This document shows positions 48,609 to 60,346 of a DNA stretch of 64,000 nt, piece after piece (the stretch's first letter is position 1; the number at the start of each line of letters is the position of its first letter). Location of the stretch: the IMG/VR virus record IMGVR_UViG_2029527006_000005; one strand, written 5' to 3'. Origin of the DNA: a virus (lineage: Duplodnaviria; Heunggongvirae; Uroviricota; Caudoviricetes). The notes under the pieces were generated by a model. The model was given only the letters and a program-made list of their open reading frames with translations. It searched no databases and had not been told where the DNA came from. Position numbers and translations under genes: made by a program.

Positions 48609-49373
48609 CTAAAATTTATAGAAGCCTTTAATGCTTCCGTCTTCGTTTCTTTGTGTACTAAAACTACCATCAGCATCTTTTCCAACCATCTCAAAGAAAT
48701 GGTGTAGTACTTCATGGTGACGAACAACTTTCTTCAAATCACTATTGTGAATGAAATTAGCAATGTCACTACTAACTGGTGGTAGATTGACATTCGGTAA
48801 ATCATTTACTACTTGAGCAATATCTAATAATTGCTCACATGTACGTTTAACAGAACTGAATTTCTTACGAGCATTTTTTATATAATCACTCGCTTTGTTA
48901 GTACCGTAAATGTAATCACGAACTCCCTCATAAGTAATACAATGAGTAATAGCCCAAAACTGTTGGATTTTGTATTCGCTCAAAATCTCACCCACTGTTT
49001 GCACATAGTCCGAAATCTCTACATCAAATAATAGTTCATCTTTGTTGAGAATATCTTTTGGGACGGTTAAACAATACTCACCAGTACTGAGATTAGTTGC
49101 GAAATGACCGTCTGGATGAACATTCACCCAACCTTCCAAGAAGTCAATTAGATGTGAGTCAACCATATTCCACATCGTTTTATTGTACTCTTTAACTAAA
49201 GGAAGAATACGTTCATTGTACTGTTCTTGATATAGATCCGCTTGGAAATTATCATCAAGAATTTCACGCATAGAAAGGGGGCGAAGTAGTTTGGTGTGAA
49301 TCTTTTTAGCTTCATCTTGAATGAAAAGGAATTGATTTACTTGGTATTGGCGAATTTCTTTAAGACTGTACAT
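48609..49373 (-). CDS. Hypothetical protein
   Basis: GGAG RBS, 254 aa. Confidence 0.75.
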   Translation of the reverse strand: MYSLKEIRQYQVNQFLFIQDEAKKIHTKLLRPLSMREILDDNFQADLYQEQYNERILPLVKEYNKTMWNMVDSHLIDFLEGWVNVHPDGHFATNLSTGEYCLTVPKDILNKDELLFDVEISDYVQTVGEILSEYKIQQFWAITHCITYEGVRDYIYGTNKASDYIKNARKKFSSVKRTCEQLLDIAQVVNDLPNVNLPPVSSDIANFIHNSDLKKVVRHHEVLHHFFEMVGKDADGSFSTQRNEDGSIKGFYKF

Positions 49374-49428
49374 AAGTTCTCCAAAATTAAATTAAAAAAA
49401 GAGCAGGAGTTTCCCCCTGCTTTTTGGC

Positions 49429-49734
49429 TTAGTGATTAGTGCTGTAAGCGAATACAGGACGCATGTTTTCTAGTGGATTGACTTCAGGTTTAAGTACTGT
49501 TACTTTAACTTGATACTCTTCTCCAGTTGTTGGATGGGTTAGTGTTTCGAAATGAACACTATCAATAAACGTTTCGTATTCTTCTTGAGAACGTGCTGTT
49601 ACTGTACTGTATTTTTTCTTAGAATCAGCTTTAGCAGTAACACTTACTACTTCAACTTCTTCATTTTCAATATCATTGAAATCGCGTTCTTCTAGAGTTG
49701 CGAACATATCAAATTTGTTATTTCCATTTTCCAT
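49429..49734 (-). CDS. Hypothetical protein
   Basis: ORF followed by a hairpin and T-tract at 49395-49421. Confidence 0.7.
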   Translation of the reverse strand: MENGNNKFDMFATLEERDFNDIENEEVEVVSVTAKADSKKKYSTVTARSQEEYETFIDSVHFETLTHPTTGEEYQVKVTVLKPEVNPLENMRPVFAYSTNH

Positions 49735-49762
49735 TTTTTAATTCCCTTTAAGTAATATGTTA

Positions 49763-50152
49763 TTATTCGATAATTAGTGAACCGTTGCGGTACATGTCTA
49801 GACGTTCTAGTACAGTCTTACGCTCAACGATCTCTGGAACTTCTTCATTCAACTGAGCACACGCTTCTACCATGAAGTCGTAGTCAGAATCACAATTATC
49901 TAGTACTGCTTTAAGTGTTTCCCAATCAGCAGAAACTTCTCCAGTTTTGCGATTGCGATAGGAAGGCCAGAGGTCACCGTACTCTTGAACGTCTTTACCG
50001 TGATAAACACGAATAGCATTGAATAGCTGGCCTATGGTAAAATATTTGGTGTGCTGCATATCTTCAAGACAACATAGTTTTTCACTACCTTCATGGTTAA
50101 TTAGCACTACGCCACCAACAGTCTTTAAGATTTGAGAATGATTAGTCTTCAT
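49763..50152 (-). CDS. Hypothetical protein
   Basis: AAGGAGG RBS, own promoter. Confidence 0.8.
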   Translation of the reverse strand: MKTNHSQILKTVGGVVLINHEGSEKLCCLEDMQHTKYFTIGQLFNAIRVYHGKDVQEYGDLWPSYRNRKTGEVSADWETLKAVLDNCDSDYDFMVEACAQLNEEVPEIVERKTVLERLDMYRNGSLIIE

Positions 50153-50186
50153 AATGTCGCCTCCTTACGAATTTTTATGATGATTT

Positions 50187-50215
50187 ATTATATCACATTA
50201 TTGGTCGTCTGTCCC
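50187..50215 (-). promoter_or_regulatory. Phage promoter GGGACA-N17-TATAAT
   Basis: Repeated motif. Confidence 0.8.
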
Positions 50216-51389
50216 AAGTTTTTCTTCAATGTGTTTCCACCACTGCCCGAAGTCATCTAGGATCATGTAAAATGTCTTTTCACATGGTTCATCGAAGTCC
50301 AAAATATGCTCCGAGTACAAATATGTTAAGTACTTTACATCACTTTTTGTTTTATTAAAACGCGAAGAAAGAATTAAAGAATCAATAGCACTCTTTTCGG
50401 TTGGTGTATTCAAAAGATACAACACAGTACCGTCAGGGTGAATAATCTCTTCCGCATTCTTCGGTTTCATTCTGTGACCTAAATTTGGAATCTTAGGTCC
50501 GTTCTTGAATTTGAGTTCTATCATCTTCCATAACCTCAATAGAATTTAATAACTGCTTTATAAATGAAGAATGCTTATCCTGTTCTTTTAGTACCGAATA
50601 TGTATCTTCAATGTTCTTTTTAAAGAACACTCTGATCCCTTCCATAATTTCAAATAGAACTGGATCTGCAATCATATCAAAATTGAATGTAACATACTTG
50701 TTATAAACAAAATCAATACTTGCATCTTTATAATCAAAGTACTGCACATAATCTAATCTTTCAAAATTTTTGTGGAAATTAACTTTGATCTTATTCTTCT
50801 TCTCGTGATGGATACTCATTGAGTATGTTTCACGATTATTTCCGGTTGTCCGAATAGTAGTACGTAGTACTTTACCTTGATTGTTAACCTTTTCATAAAA
50901 GGATAACCCACTATGAGTACTAAAATTATGCTCTTGGTATTTCTTGAATTTTTCTACTCTGTAAGTAAACACATGTGGTACTATTGCACTAAGCACTTTT
51001 TCACCTCTGCGGGAAATATCCAAACCTTTAATGATAAAATTCTTATAGCAAACACCTTTTGATGGTCTGTGCACATAACCAATATCATCAAAACCACAAC
51101 TTTCAGAATGCTTTTCTTTGTTGTAGAAATTAGATGACGTGATTACATCTTGTATATTATCATCGTAGTACTTGCACCACCAGCCACGTTTATCTATCTT
51201 CAGCCATGTATTCTTTTCAAAGATAATGGTAAGTACTTGAGGGCTGCGTTTAGTTTCCAGTACTTTAGATGTAAAAATACTGGCATCGAAAGTACGCCCA
51301 TCGAACCAAAACTGATTTAAAAATTCATTGTACTCTTTCACTGAGTACCGCTTAAAATCAAAAATATTGTTTTTCATAGTACCCCACAA
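50198..51389 (-). CDS. Two hypothetical proteins (50198-50539, 50493-51389)
   Basis: Overlapping ORFs. Confidence 0.7.
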
Positions 51390-51392
51390 ATG

Positions 51393-51542
51393 TTAAAAGG
51401 ACGTGAAATCACGTCCTTTATGTTTAACTTTGCCATTCTTGGCTTCTTTTTTTTGATCAACAAAAGTCTTAGGTTTGTTGAAAGTTTCCATGTGCTTCGC
51501 AACTGGATTGTTTACAACAGGGTTCTTCTTTTTCTTTGACAT
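51393..51542 (-). CDS. 49-aa basic protein (NPVAKH...FNK...KK...KHK), possibly ArfA-like
   Basis: Hand translation MSKKKKNPVVNNPVAKHMETFNKPKTFVDQKKEAKNGKVKHKGRDFTSF; GGAG RBS. Confidence 0.7.
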   Translation of the reverse strand: MSKKKKNPVVNNPVAKHMETFNKPKTFVDQKKEAKNGKVKHKGRDFTSF

Positions 51543-51544
51543 GT

Positions 51545-52018
51545 TTACTCCAAGTCAGGGTTTTTAACTGAAAGACTCTCAATATCTGATGCATAGATCA
51601 TCACATGCGGTTTGTCTTCTGCTACCTTAAAGTCGTGGTAGCTGTCCTTCACAATGAAATTATCAAGGATAAATCCTTTAGTGAGGAATAGCATATACTT
51701 ATTATCATCTTTTGTCAAGTAAGTATTGCGACGATTTTCTACATTTCGTTGAGCAGTATCTTCTTCCGTATTTCTACAAACACGTTCGTTATATTCCTGA
51801 TGGGTATACATTGGCATTCCCATTACCCAAGACGATTCTGTACTAATTGTTACAATAAAAAGATTGCACTTATCCGAGTGGAAGCAATCATGCATAGACT
51901 TACTACACAAAAACAAGCATTGTATCACATCACGAAAATTAAACATAATATCGTGAATCTCAAAGGCATCTTGAGTGATAATATCTTGTACGGGACCACT
52001 CTCTTTTATTCCGATCAT
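51545..52018 (-). CDS. Hypothetical protein
   Basis: AAGGAG RBS. Confidence 0.7.
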   Translation of the reverse strand: MIGIKESGPVQDIITQDAFEIHDIMFNFRDVIQCLFLCSKSMHDCFHSDKCNLFIVTISTESSWVMGMPMYTHQEYNERVCRNTEEDTAQRNVENRRNTYLTKDDNKYMLFLTKGFILDNFIVKDSYHDFKVAEDKPHVMIYASDIESLSVKNPDLE

Positions 52019-52069
52019 AGTTCACTCCTTGAACCTATTCACGAGTACAATCCATGTACTCTCAATATA

Positions 52070-54647
52070 TCATTTAGCTTCTAGCTTATACGCCTCAACC
52101 GCTTCAGATACATTCTCGATAGCTTGATCGATAAATTCTTTACTAACTAAACGCGGGGAGGTCTTCATTTCTTTTAGAAGCTCTAGGTATTTAGTCATTA
52201 ATTCTGGGATGATTCCAAAGTCGAAATCATGCACAGTGCTGTACTGAAATAGTTCACCACCATCGACATACAAGCGATTGTACGAGGTTTTAAACCCACT
52301 TTCGAGTACTGTTAGGGTCAAATCCAAACCACGCTCATACGAGCCTACAGACACGATAGCAGGGTTGATAGCAATACTAGCATTCTTTGCATTATCACTA
52401 TAAACTAAACGTAAAGTTCCAGCACCAATAATAACAGTTAGGTCATCTGTATTAAGGGTAGTAATATCCCCAGAAACAGAAACTTTATTATTTAGACGGT
52501 CTTTAGTACTGAAAGATTTAGATAGCCGTGCAAATGCATCTTCAAGTTTATTCATTATTCGTAATCCTTTAGTAGTTCTACTAGTTTAACAATACTATCA
52601 TCACTGCAAGTGTACGATAGGTTTAGAAGGGTGTACTGGAAGAAATCAATTTCATTAATTCCACCATACGGTACTGGTTGGGCTTTACCTTGTTTGTCTG
52701 CCATGTAAACATCTTCTGCATCAAAACGCATAGAAAATGTATCACGTTCTTCTGGGTTCAAATACACAATAAAACGACCCAAGGATTTAGCAAGTTTTTC
52801 AATCCTGATGCTATTAGAACCATAACTGAACTCAGCATCACCGCGATCATTCTGGAAATGATAGAAGTTGATACCACCAATATTAGTATAGCCCTCTGTG
52901 TATAGAAGGTCTTTGTGGTGATACATAACTTGAATCAGTTCATCAAGCGTAGTCGTCCGAGTCTTATTTTTGGTTAGCGAAAATAAATGAATCATAAATT
53001 CCTCTGCACATGGATAACGTTTTAATCATTGTATCATAGTCGAACTTGACTTGCAACCCCCAACCACCCACACAATTTTGAGTGAAGAAAACACCCTCCA
53101 TCTCGTCAAGTGTGAACGCTTCATCAAACAAATTAGTCTGATATAATTCGGTCTTTGGATTGTATACCATCAAGAATTCAGTACTGTAACGTATTACTAA
53201 TTTCTTTGGACTAATCATAATCCTGCATAAATCTTGCAAGTACTCAGTGCGAATATGTAAGTTAATGTGATTCTTATGACCAGCACAACGAACATCCATC
53301 GCGTATCCATCACCGATAACAAAACCATTTCTGGGGGTAAATTCTTTACCCGCACTCATTGACAGGCAATCCTGTACAATATAATTGATTGTATCCAAGT
53401 TGTCAAGTATATCTACTTTACGCATATCTTCTCCTTTAAATCCCAACCTTATGTATCAATGTACGACGAATTTTACGAACATACTGAGTCTTAAATGAAA
53501 ACGGGATATAAAGATGATAACCCTCTAATTCCGGGCAAGGTGCTGTAAGAATCTCTTCATAGGCTCTTTTAATTATATTGTACTCTGGTAGTTCTGGGTG
53601 GATCAACGATAACTGAAAATGCTCATCTTCAGTACATAACCCTTCCTTAAAGAATGTGTCAACATAATCATCAGTATCCAATAAATCTGAATTTTCAGAA
53701 TTAACAAAAGAATAACCAAAAAATTCATCATCTTTGTTGTAGGCAACACTGCAACCTGTATTACAAAATAATGAAATGCCAGTATCTTTGGATAAATGGA
53801 ATACATGTTCGGAACCGTAACCATCAATGTATGTTCTTATATATATTTTATCTTTATCAGTCCATACAAATTCTAGTTCATTACCATCGTCCATGCGAGT
53901 GTTTTGTTGATAACTATAAGCTACTTTTTGTTTCCTGAAATTCAAACAACGAATAGCTAGATCTCTACATAACTCGAAATGCTCTTTAAGTTCTTCATAG
54001 TTCATTGGTTAAAATTCCTCAAAGTACAAACAAATGTCATCATAGATAGTGTTAAGAAGTTCAGTACTAACTTCTGGACAAAGATCCATATAGAAACACA
54101 TACCTTTCATTTCAGTACAATCCATAGTTAGTGCTTCCATATAACGTGGAAGGTCTTCGTACTTCAATACCATATCATCACGAATAAGTGATTGTTGAAA
54201 GTACTCTTCCTCGCTGATATTAATTACACCACCATCTAGCTTAGAATCCAAGTACTCATCTTCGTGATCATTCCCACTATCAAAGAATGTATACTCTTCA
54301 TTACGTTCATCACCTTCCATGAAGTTACGGCCCCATCCACGATGTGTACGGAGATTGATAATATACAAGTGCTCATGATTTCCAATTTCGCAAATCTCGT
54401 AACGTTCTTCGTGATCATCCATATCAAATGATACACGAACTAATGCATGTTCGTCTGCGTACTTAAACCCATACACCCTGCATAAGTATTGTGGCATGTA
54501 CTTTTCATAAGAGAATACTTTTGGTTTATTCTTATTAAGCAAAGCACCCAATTCTAGCATAAGTTTGTAACGATAGATATCTTCATCTACTTTGTCTTTA
54601 AAGGTTGAACGCATCATAAAAGTCATTGACAATATCCTCTGCCTCAT
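52070..54647 (-). CDS. Five FQxS-family proteins (52070-52555, 52555-52995, 52964-53446, 53436-54005, 54009-54647)
   Basis: GELFQYS, IDFFQYT, EGVFFTQN, EDEHFQLS, EEEYFQQS. Confidence 0.75.
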
Positions 54648-55005
54648 CTTGGTTCATTGGTTCTACTGAAAGTATTTCGATACGTTCAGGTTCCCAGATC
54701 ATATAAGAATTACATGTATCTGGTTCGAAAAGATTTTTGTACTCAACTGAATTATATCCGTCACGAGTACAGGAATTGATTGTATCACGCCATGCTTGAC
54801 AGTCACCCATGTCATCCATAGCCACTACACGACCTAGATCTACTTCTAAGCGGTGCACATAGATCTCTAGCTCACCACTACCACAGTAGTTGCGAACCTT
54901 GCGTAAGGCCGCCTCAAGAGCACTGTGAATACCTCCCATATGAATCCCACCATATGGAACGTAAAAATCTTTAATTTTAACTGTACTTGCGTGATACAAA
55001 ATCAT
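54598..55005 (-). CDS. ADP-ribosyltransferase-fold-like protein
   Basis: LYHAS...F...GIHMG...A...GYNSVEYKNLFE...SYMIWEP fits the HxS/T...YxNxxE ART-like pattern. Confidence 0.5.
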   Translation of the reverse strand: MILYHASTVKIKDFYVPYGGIHMGGIHSALEAALRKVRNYCGSGELEIYVHRLEVDLGRVVAMDDMGDCQAWRDTINSCTRDGYNSVEYKNLFEPDTCNSYMIWEPERIEILSVEPMNQDEAEDIVNDFYDAFNL

Positions 55006-55006
55006 T

Positions 55007-58000
55007 TTAATATCCCCATAGTAATTCGTCTAAGCATTTATATGACGGATAGTAACACATCTGGGGTTCGATTGTCAAGCTATCATTATCATAAAGAGGA
55101 AGATTTCTCATACGATTCATGATCTCATTTAATTCTTCAGCAGTGTAAGTGTCCATGATAGTACTGTGCATGAATAACTCACTCTCTGCTTCAGCATCCA
55201 ATTGGCTGTCACGACAGTACCAACCAATCTCGTATTCTTTCTCTTCTAGACCATATACCCGTACTGGACATGTATCACAACAAGTAGCATTAGAATAAAT
55301 CTCTATCATGTTCACGGATAATCTGTTAGTTGGGTGTCTGGTAAAACATTGTCCTAGAGAAAGAATACCATTACGGTAGGAGTACTTATTTTCTTGATAA
55401 GAAATACTCATATAGTCAGGCCAGAAGTCTGCTGTTACTGGACCTTTTTGCTGTGCATGAATATTGAGATTAATACCATCACACGTCTTCTGAAAGTTAT
55501 GGTAACGCTGAATTAAAGCAAATAAAGAGAAGTACACTTTATCATTTAACATCATATCCATAACGGTTTTTAATTTTTGATCTCCAATCATTACCACACC
55601 TTTCTGCCATTAATTCAATAAGTGCTTTACGTGCTGGAACAAAACGCAACACGTCTGTTGTACCTAATGCAAGAATTGATTCAGTACTGATATCATCCTT
55701 GAACATTTTTAAATGATCATGTACGAAGTGTACTAGATATGCACCATCAATTCTTTTTTGATCCCCTACCAGTAAAGCCTGAAACTCTGCTTCACGCATC
55801 GAATCATTGTCTATCCCCTCAAGAATCATATTATACACTATCGCAAAATCATTGTCAAAGTTGCGATATAAATTATCAATACAATCCATATGGGATAGTA
55901 CAAATCTGTACTTTGAATTGTTAGGGGAAGTGAAGTTCTTAATATGATTCTTACTACTTGTAATAGTAATTAATCTATCATAACCTTCATCGTATGTAAT
56001 AGCATTGTGTAAATTTACTTCAGGCCATCCAAAGCTAAAACGGTATGACCGAATCTTTTCACCTTTCTCGTGAGGGATATAATGCTGACCACCAATACCA
56101 CTTCTGTACTTTGCTAAATCTGGGTAATTATCATTGTAGAGTTTAAACATGTACATAATATCTAAAATGTACCCAGATAGCTTTTTCATCTTTTCGTATG
56201 AAGTCTTCATGCTAAATTTAATAACCCCCATACCTTTTGAGTACAATAATCTTTGAGTTTAATGTCGTTAAGTTCCTCTTTATTCTCGGCAATTGAAATG
56301 GCATAATCAGGTGGACAGAACTCACTAAAGTGATGATAATGTTCCCTCATCATTACATAATCCGAATAATCAGGAACCGAAGCCAAAGTACTCAACTGAA
56401 ATATTTCCTCTTCAGTAATATCAATTGGTACTTGAGATAGTTCTACTGTACTATTTCCAATCACAATATCAGTACTGGAAGAATTCATATACATATTCAT
56501 ACGTTTTGAAATCGTATCACCAAAACCACTAAACATCAACCTAGATTCTTTTGGCATAAGCATATTTGGTGAAGGAGAGACATTGAATATTTTAATTCTA
56601 AAGATTGATATATTATCACGGTGTTTAACATCAAATGTAGTTTCATACTCATCTTTGTATAAACACATCTTCAACAATCCCATACAACCATCATAGCTCA
56701 TCATTAAGTCTACATAGAAAGAAGGTACATTATTATTGAAATGTATTACTGCTTTTAATAAGTTTGTGTAATCTTTGAAATCCATGCCATGCCCTCATCT
56801 AGAATTGAATCAATAATCTCAAAGTTTTCATCACTCATGCGGTTGACCATAATAGTATTAATATCTGGGTTTAAATTCTTTAGTACTGCTAGAATAGTTA
56901 ACGCACGTGCATCCGGTACAATCAAATCCGATAGGAAGAAAAGTTCTTCCTCGTTATTACCATCCCATTCTGGAACTAATACTGTCTTATTATCAACTAG
57001 CAATTCATTACCTTGACACCTACGCCAGAACATAAGAATACCATTTACAGTCGTATCCATTCTATTTTCTAGTACTGGATTCGGATGATTGAAAGTTCCA
57101 ATTCCAAATACTGGAAGATTGTAATCATTATTCAGGATTTGAAATCCAGAACCAGCAGTACTATAATTCGTATTGAACTCGAATTTACCTTTAGTAATAC
57201 GGTTACCAATACAAGAGTAAGGTTGTAATGCGTCAACTTTTTTACAGAAGTTTAAAATATCAGTCATGGAATGTATCTCTCAATTTAGTAAGTTCTTCAA
57301 TAATAGTATCAACACAGAATGTATGATTAGAGTACGAAAGAACACTAATTCCATTCGGGTTGTTGTACTTATAATGAGACATAATCGCAATCTCATCAAT
57401 TGCGGTGTTATCATAAATTGTACTCAACTGGAAGATCTCACCTTCACCCTCACCAGTTTCAATGTTAACCGGGAATAAATTGATAGAAACACTATCCTTA
57501 CCACCAATATAATCCATGTGTTTACATTCACTAAGACGAATAGAACTCGCTTGGTGTTCAGAACCATAACATATAGGAGCCACTTTAGACTCCCTTGTTG
57601 AAATGTGATAAAGAGTTGTAATGTTCAAAACAGTATAAAGACTAATACCCATATCATCATTGTGGAAAGTAATACCAACATTATCATACAGTGTTTTACA
57701 GAAGTTCTTCCCCTCAAATGCATAAAGAGGTAATAGTTCTTCCAAGAGTTTTAGTACTTTATAATGTTTCTGATACATTAGATATCCTCTTTTAAATTCT
57801 GTACAAAAGTAACAATCTTACTTTCTACTTCATCAATGATTGAATCATCAACAACAGTAGGAAGGTTTATGTACTGATCATATTTCTTTTCATTCTTCGC
57901 TACGTAACCGTCAAACATGTTATCAACGATATTAAGTAAACTGAAGATACAGTACAACCCAAATGAATGACCATCAAAGGCAGTAACAGTACTGTGTTGG

Positions 58001-59624
58001 AATTCCAACTCTTCCATCTCATCACGTACAATCAAAGAACCACCAGCTTCTACTGGAAGCGACTCAAGCTCAATAGCTTCGTGTGCATTCTTTTCAGTGA
58101 AACGTAATGTAGTCTTTTTACCTGATAGTACTAAAGATTTACCAGTTAAGTAATTTTCAGGACTGTAGTAACCGTTATTTTCAGCTAGATGCGTTTTGAG
58201 AATAGTATTACCATTATGTGTCTCATTGTTCATAATCATAACAATGAACTCATTACTCCCACGTGTATAGAATAAACGCAAGGAATGTGTATCATTAACA
58301 TCACCCAAATCCCACATCATTCTGTGCTTGATTTCAGTACTGTCAGATTGATCTAAAAGTACAGTCGCTTGTTGAATGTACTTAATCATACGGTAGTGCT
58401 TTAACATGCTATTGTGATTCATTATAGTATCCTGTATCTTCTGAATAATGGCCTACTTGTAAAATAATTATACAGATAATCATTCTCCAAGTCAACCCCT
58501 CTGTGGAAATTATATACCACAAAATCGATGTTCTTCAGCCGCAATGCTTGAAAGTCAATGACGTTGTACATCATATCACGCATAAATTTGTTGTCCACTG
58601 TGAAGTCCACTGCTACTTTGCGTTCAGCCGCATCACACGTTTGATCATACGGAATATATTCTTCTAGTACATCTCCACTATCTAAGTAACCACTACGCAT
58701 AGTCAAGCACTGATCACTGAGTGAAGTTAATATAACACTATCAGTGTACATATAATAGTTCACGTGAGTATGGCTTGTTATTAACCCTTCGGATGCATAG
58801 AATGTTATCACGTCATTGTTTAGTGAAGCTACATTCTTCTTCTCAAGTACAAGTTTCTTTACTGACTTATTATTACCTAAATCTTCAGTATCAACCCTTA
58901 AAGCAAACTCACCCAAGTCAATAAGATCTTTGCGATGGATTAGTCTTTCCCATTCTATGTCAAGCATTGAACTGAACTTAATAAGCTCTCTATATATCGT
59001 GTCAAGTGTGTTCATAAGACCCCCATAAAAGAAAAGGCAGTGTATCACGATACACCGCCTGTGTCAACATCAACATGCCGCTTCTGCTTCAAAAATATCA
59101 ATCATAGCTTGAACCGCTTCAGTACTGAAGGATAACAAGCGAGTCGCATTTAGTGCAAAATAATAATCGTTATTCATTGTGTTATGATAACAGTACTCAA
59201 TGTATGAAGCAAATAGTTCTATTTCATTATCTACAACCATACGCTGGAATAGTTCATCATCAGTACCATTGACAATTATTTCAATTTCAGCACACTCTGG
59301 ATTGTTATCAAAATTGATAATCTTACGCTCTAAGCAAGTCTCTAAACTATGCATAGTTAGAAGTATATCACCTAGATTGGTTTTTTGTATATGCATAGTA
59401 CCTTCAGAACTTCTGTCCAAATAAGTATGACACGCAACTAAGAACCAATCATCTATTGTACTTTTAAGTACTGAACTATGATGTTCGCGATTAATAACAT
59501 CAGTCCCAACAAAAACAGTCATCTTTGCTAAATCAGTAATATTTCTGCACATGTGCCGTTTATTGTCATGTATATCCATGATGCAATCAATAAGTTTCTT
59601 TATTAGATCGAATTTGGCAAACAT
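55007..59624 (-). CDS. Eight tandem FQxS-family proteins (55007-55597, 55542-56246, 56207-56785, 56755-57267, 57260-57778, 57778-58422, 58422-59015, 59070-59624)
   Basis: ESELFMHS, EAEFQAL, EEEIFQLS, EEELFFLS, EGEIFQLS, EELEFQHS, DDELFQRM; 58422-59015 lacks a clear motif. Confidence 0.75.
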
Positions 59625-60217
59625 TTCTTTTTCATCTCCTGAAGTTCAGAATGAGCATCATAGATTTTCTGTACTGAATTAGCAAAACAAATATAAACCT
59701 TAGTGTGGTTTTCTTCACAGAGAGTATCTTTCAACATGAAGTTCAATACCATAGCATTGATTTCATCAGTACTATATACTAGACCCTTCTGGAATAATTC
59801 ACCCCGTAACTCTTCTTCATTATTAACATGTATTAGAGTAGGAAGATATACCTCATCACCTTGTATATCCCGCCAGAACCAATTACGATCATTCACTACT
59901 AAGATTTCACCACTACCTTCTCGAATGCACATACGCTTCTTGTCTGACTGATAGCGAGTACTGTATGGTCTGTTGTCATCCATAGGATCAGTATTAGCTG
60001 CTACAATAAATGAATTATAATAGTTCACATCTTCAGAATTCAACTGCAATGCAATACTATTTTGTATCTTCAGGATTTTGTACTTTGAACTCTCATATAG
60101 TACTGCATCCATCTGGGTTACATCATCTAATACCATGTAATCAGCTATGTCACGAATCAATAAACAAACTTCTTGTACTGCTAACCACTCCAAATAACTA
60201 CAATCTGCTAAATTCAT
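59603..60217 (-). CDS. FQxS-family protein
   Basis: Start MNLAD after GGAG; RGELFQKGL. Confidence 0.75.
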   Translation of the reverse strand: MNLADCSYLEWLAVQEVCLLIRDIADYMVLDDVTQMDAVLYESSKYKILKIQNSIALQLNSEDVNYYNSFIVAANTDPMDDNRPYSTRYQSDKKRMCIREGSGEILVVNDRNWFWRDIQGDEVYLPTLIHVNNEEELRGELFQKGLVYSTDEINAMVLNFMLKDTLCEENHTKVYICFANSVQKIYDAHSELQEMKKKCLPNSI

Positions 60218-60248
60218 CTTAATCTCCAACTTAAACGCAATCTCATAG

Positions 60249-60342
60249 CACCGTCGCCCGGTCGCCCCCCGATTACACTTTATTTGCACTTTGTGAAGCG
60301 AAAATTTTTTTACGCCCCGGCACGCATATCCTCCGGGGGGTA
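60249..60342. other. GC-rich intergenic element; candidate genome terminus, packaging or injection-stop signal
   Basis: CGCCCGGTCGCCCCCCG...GCGAAAATTTTTTTACGCCCCGG...CCGGGGGGTAAC in an AT-rich context, at a compositional boundary. Confidence 0.45.
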
Positions 60343-60346
60343 ACAT

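Noticed and set aside
60218-60346. N-terminal extension MLPPGGYACRG... of ORF 59603-60346
   Set aside because: Reads through the GC-rich element; a better start with GGAG is at 60217 and gives the family-typical length
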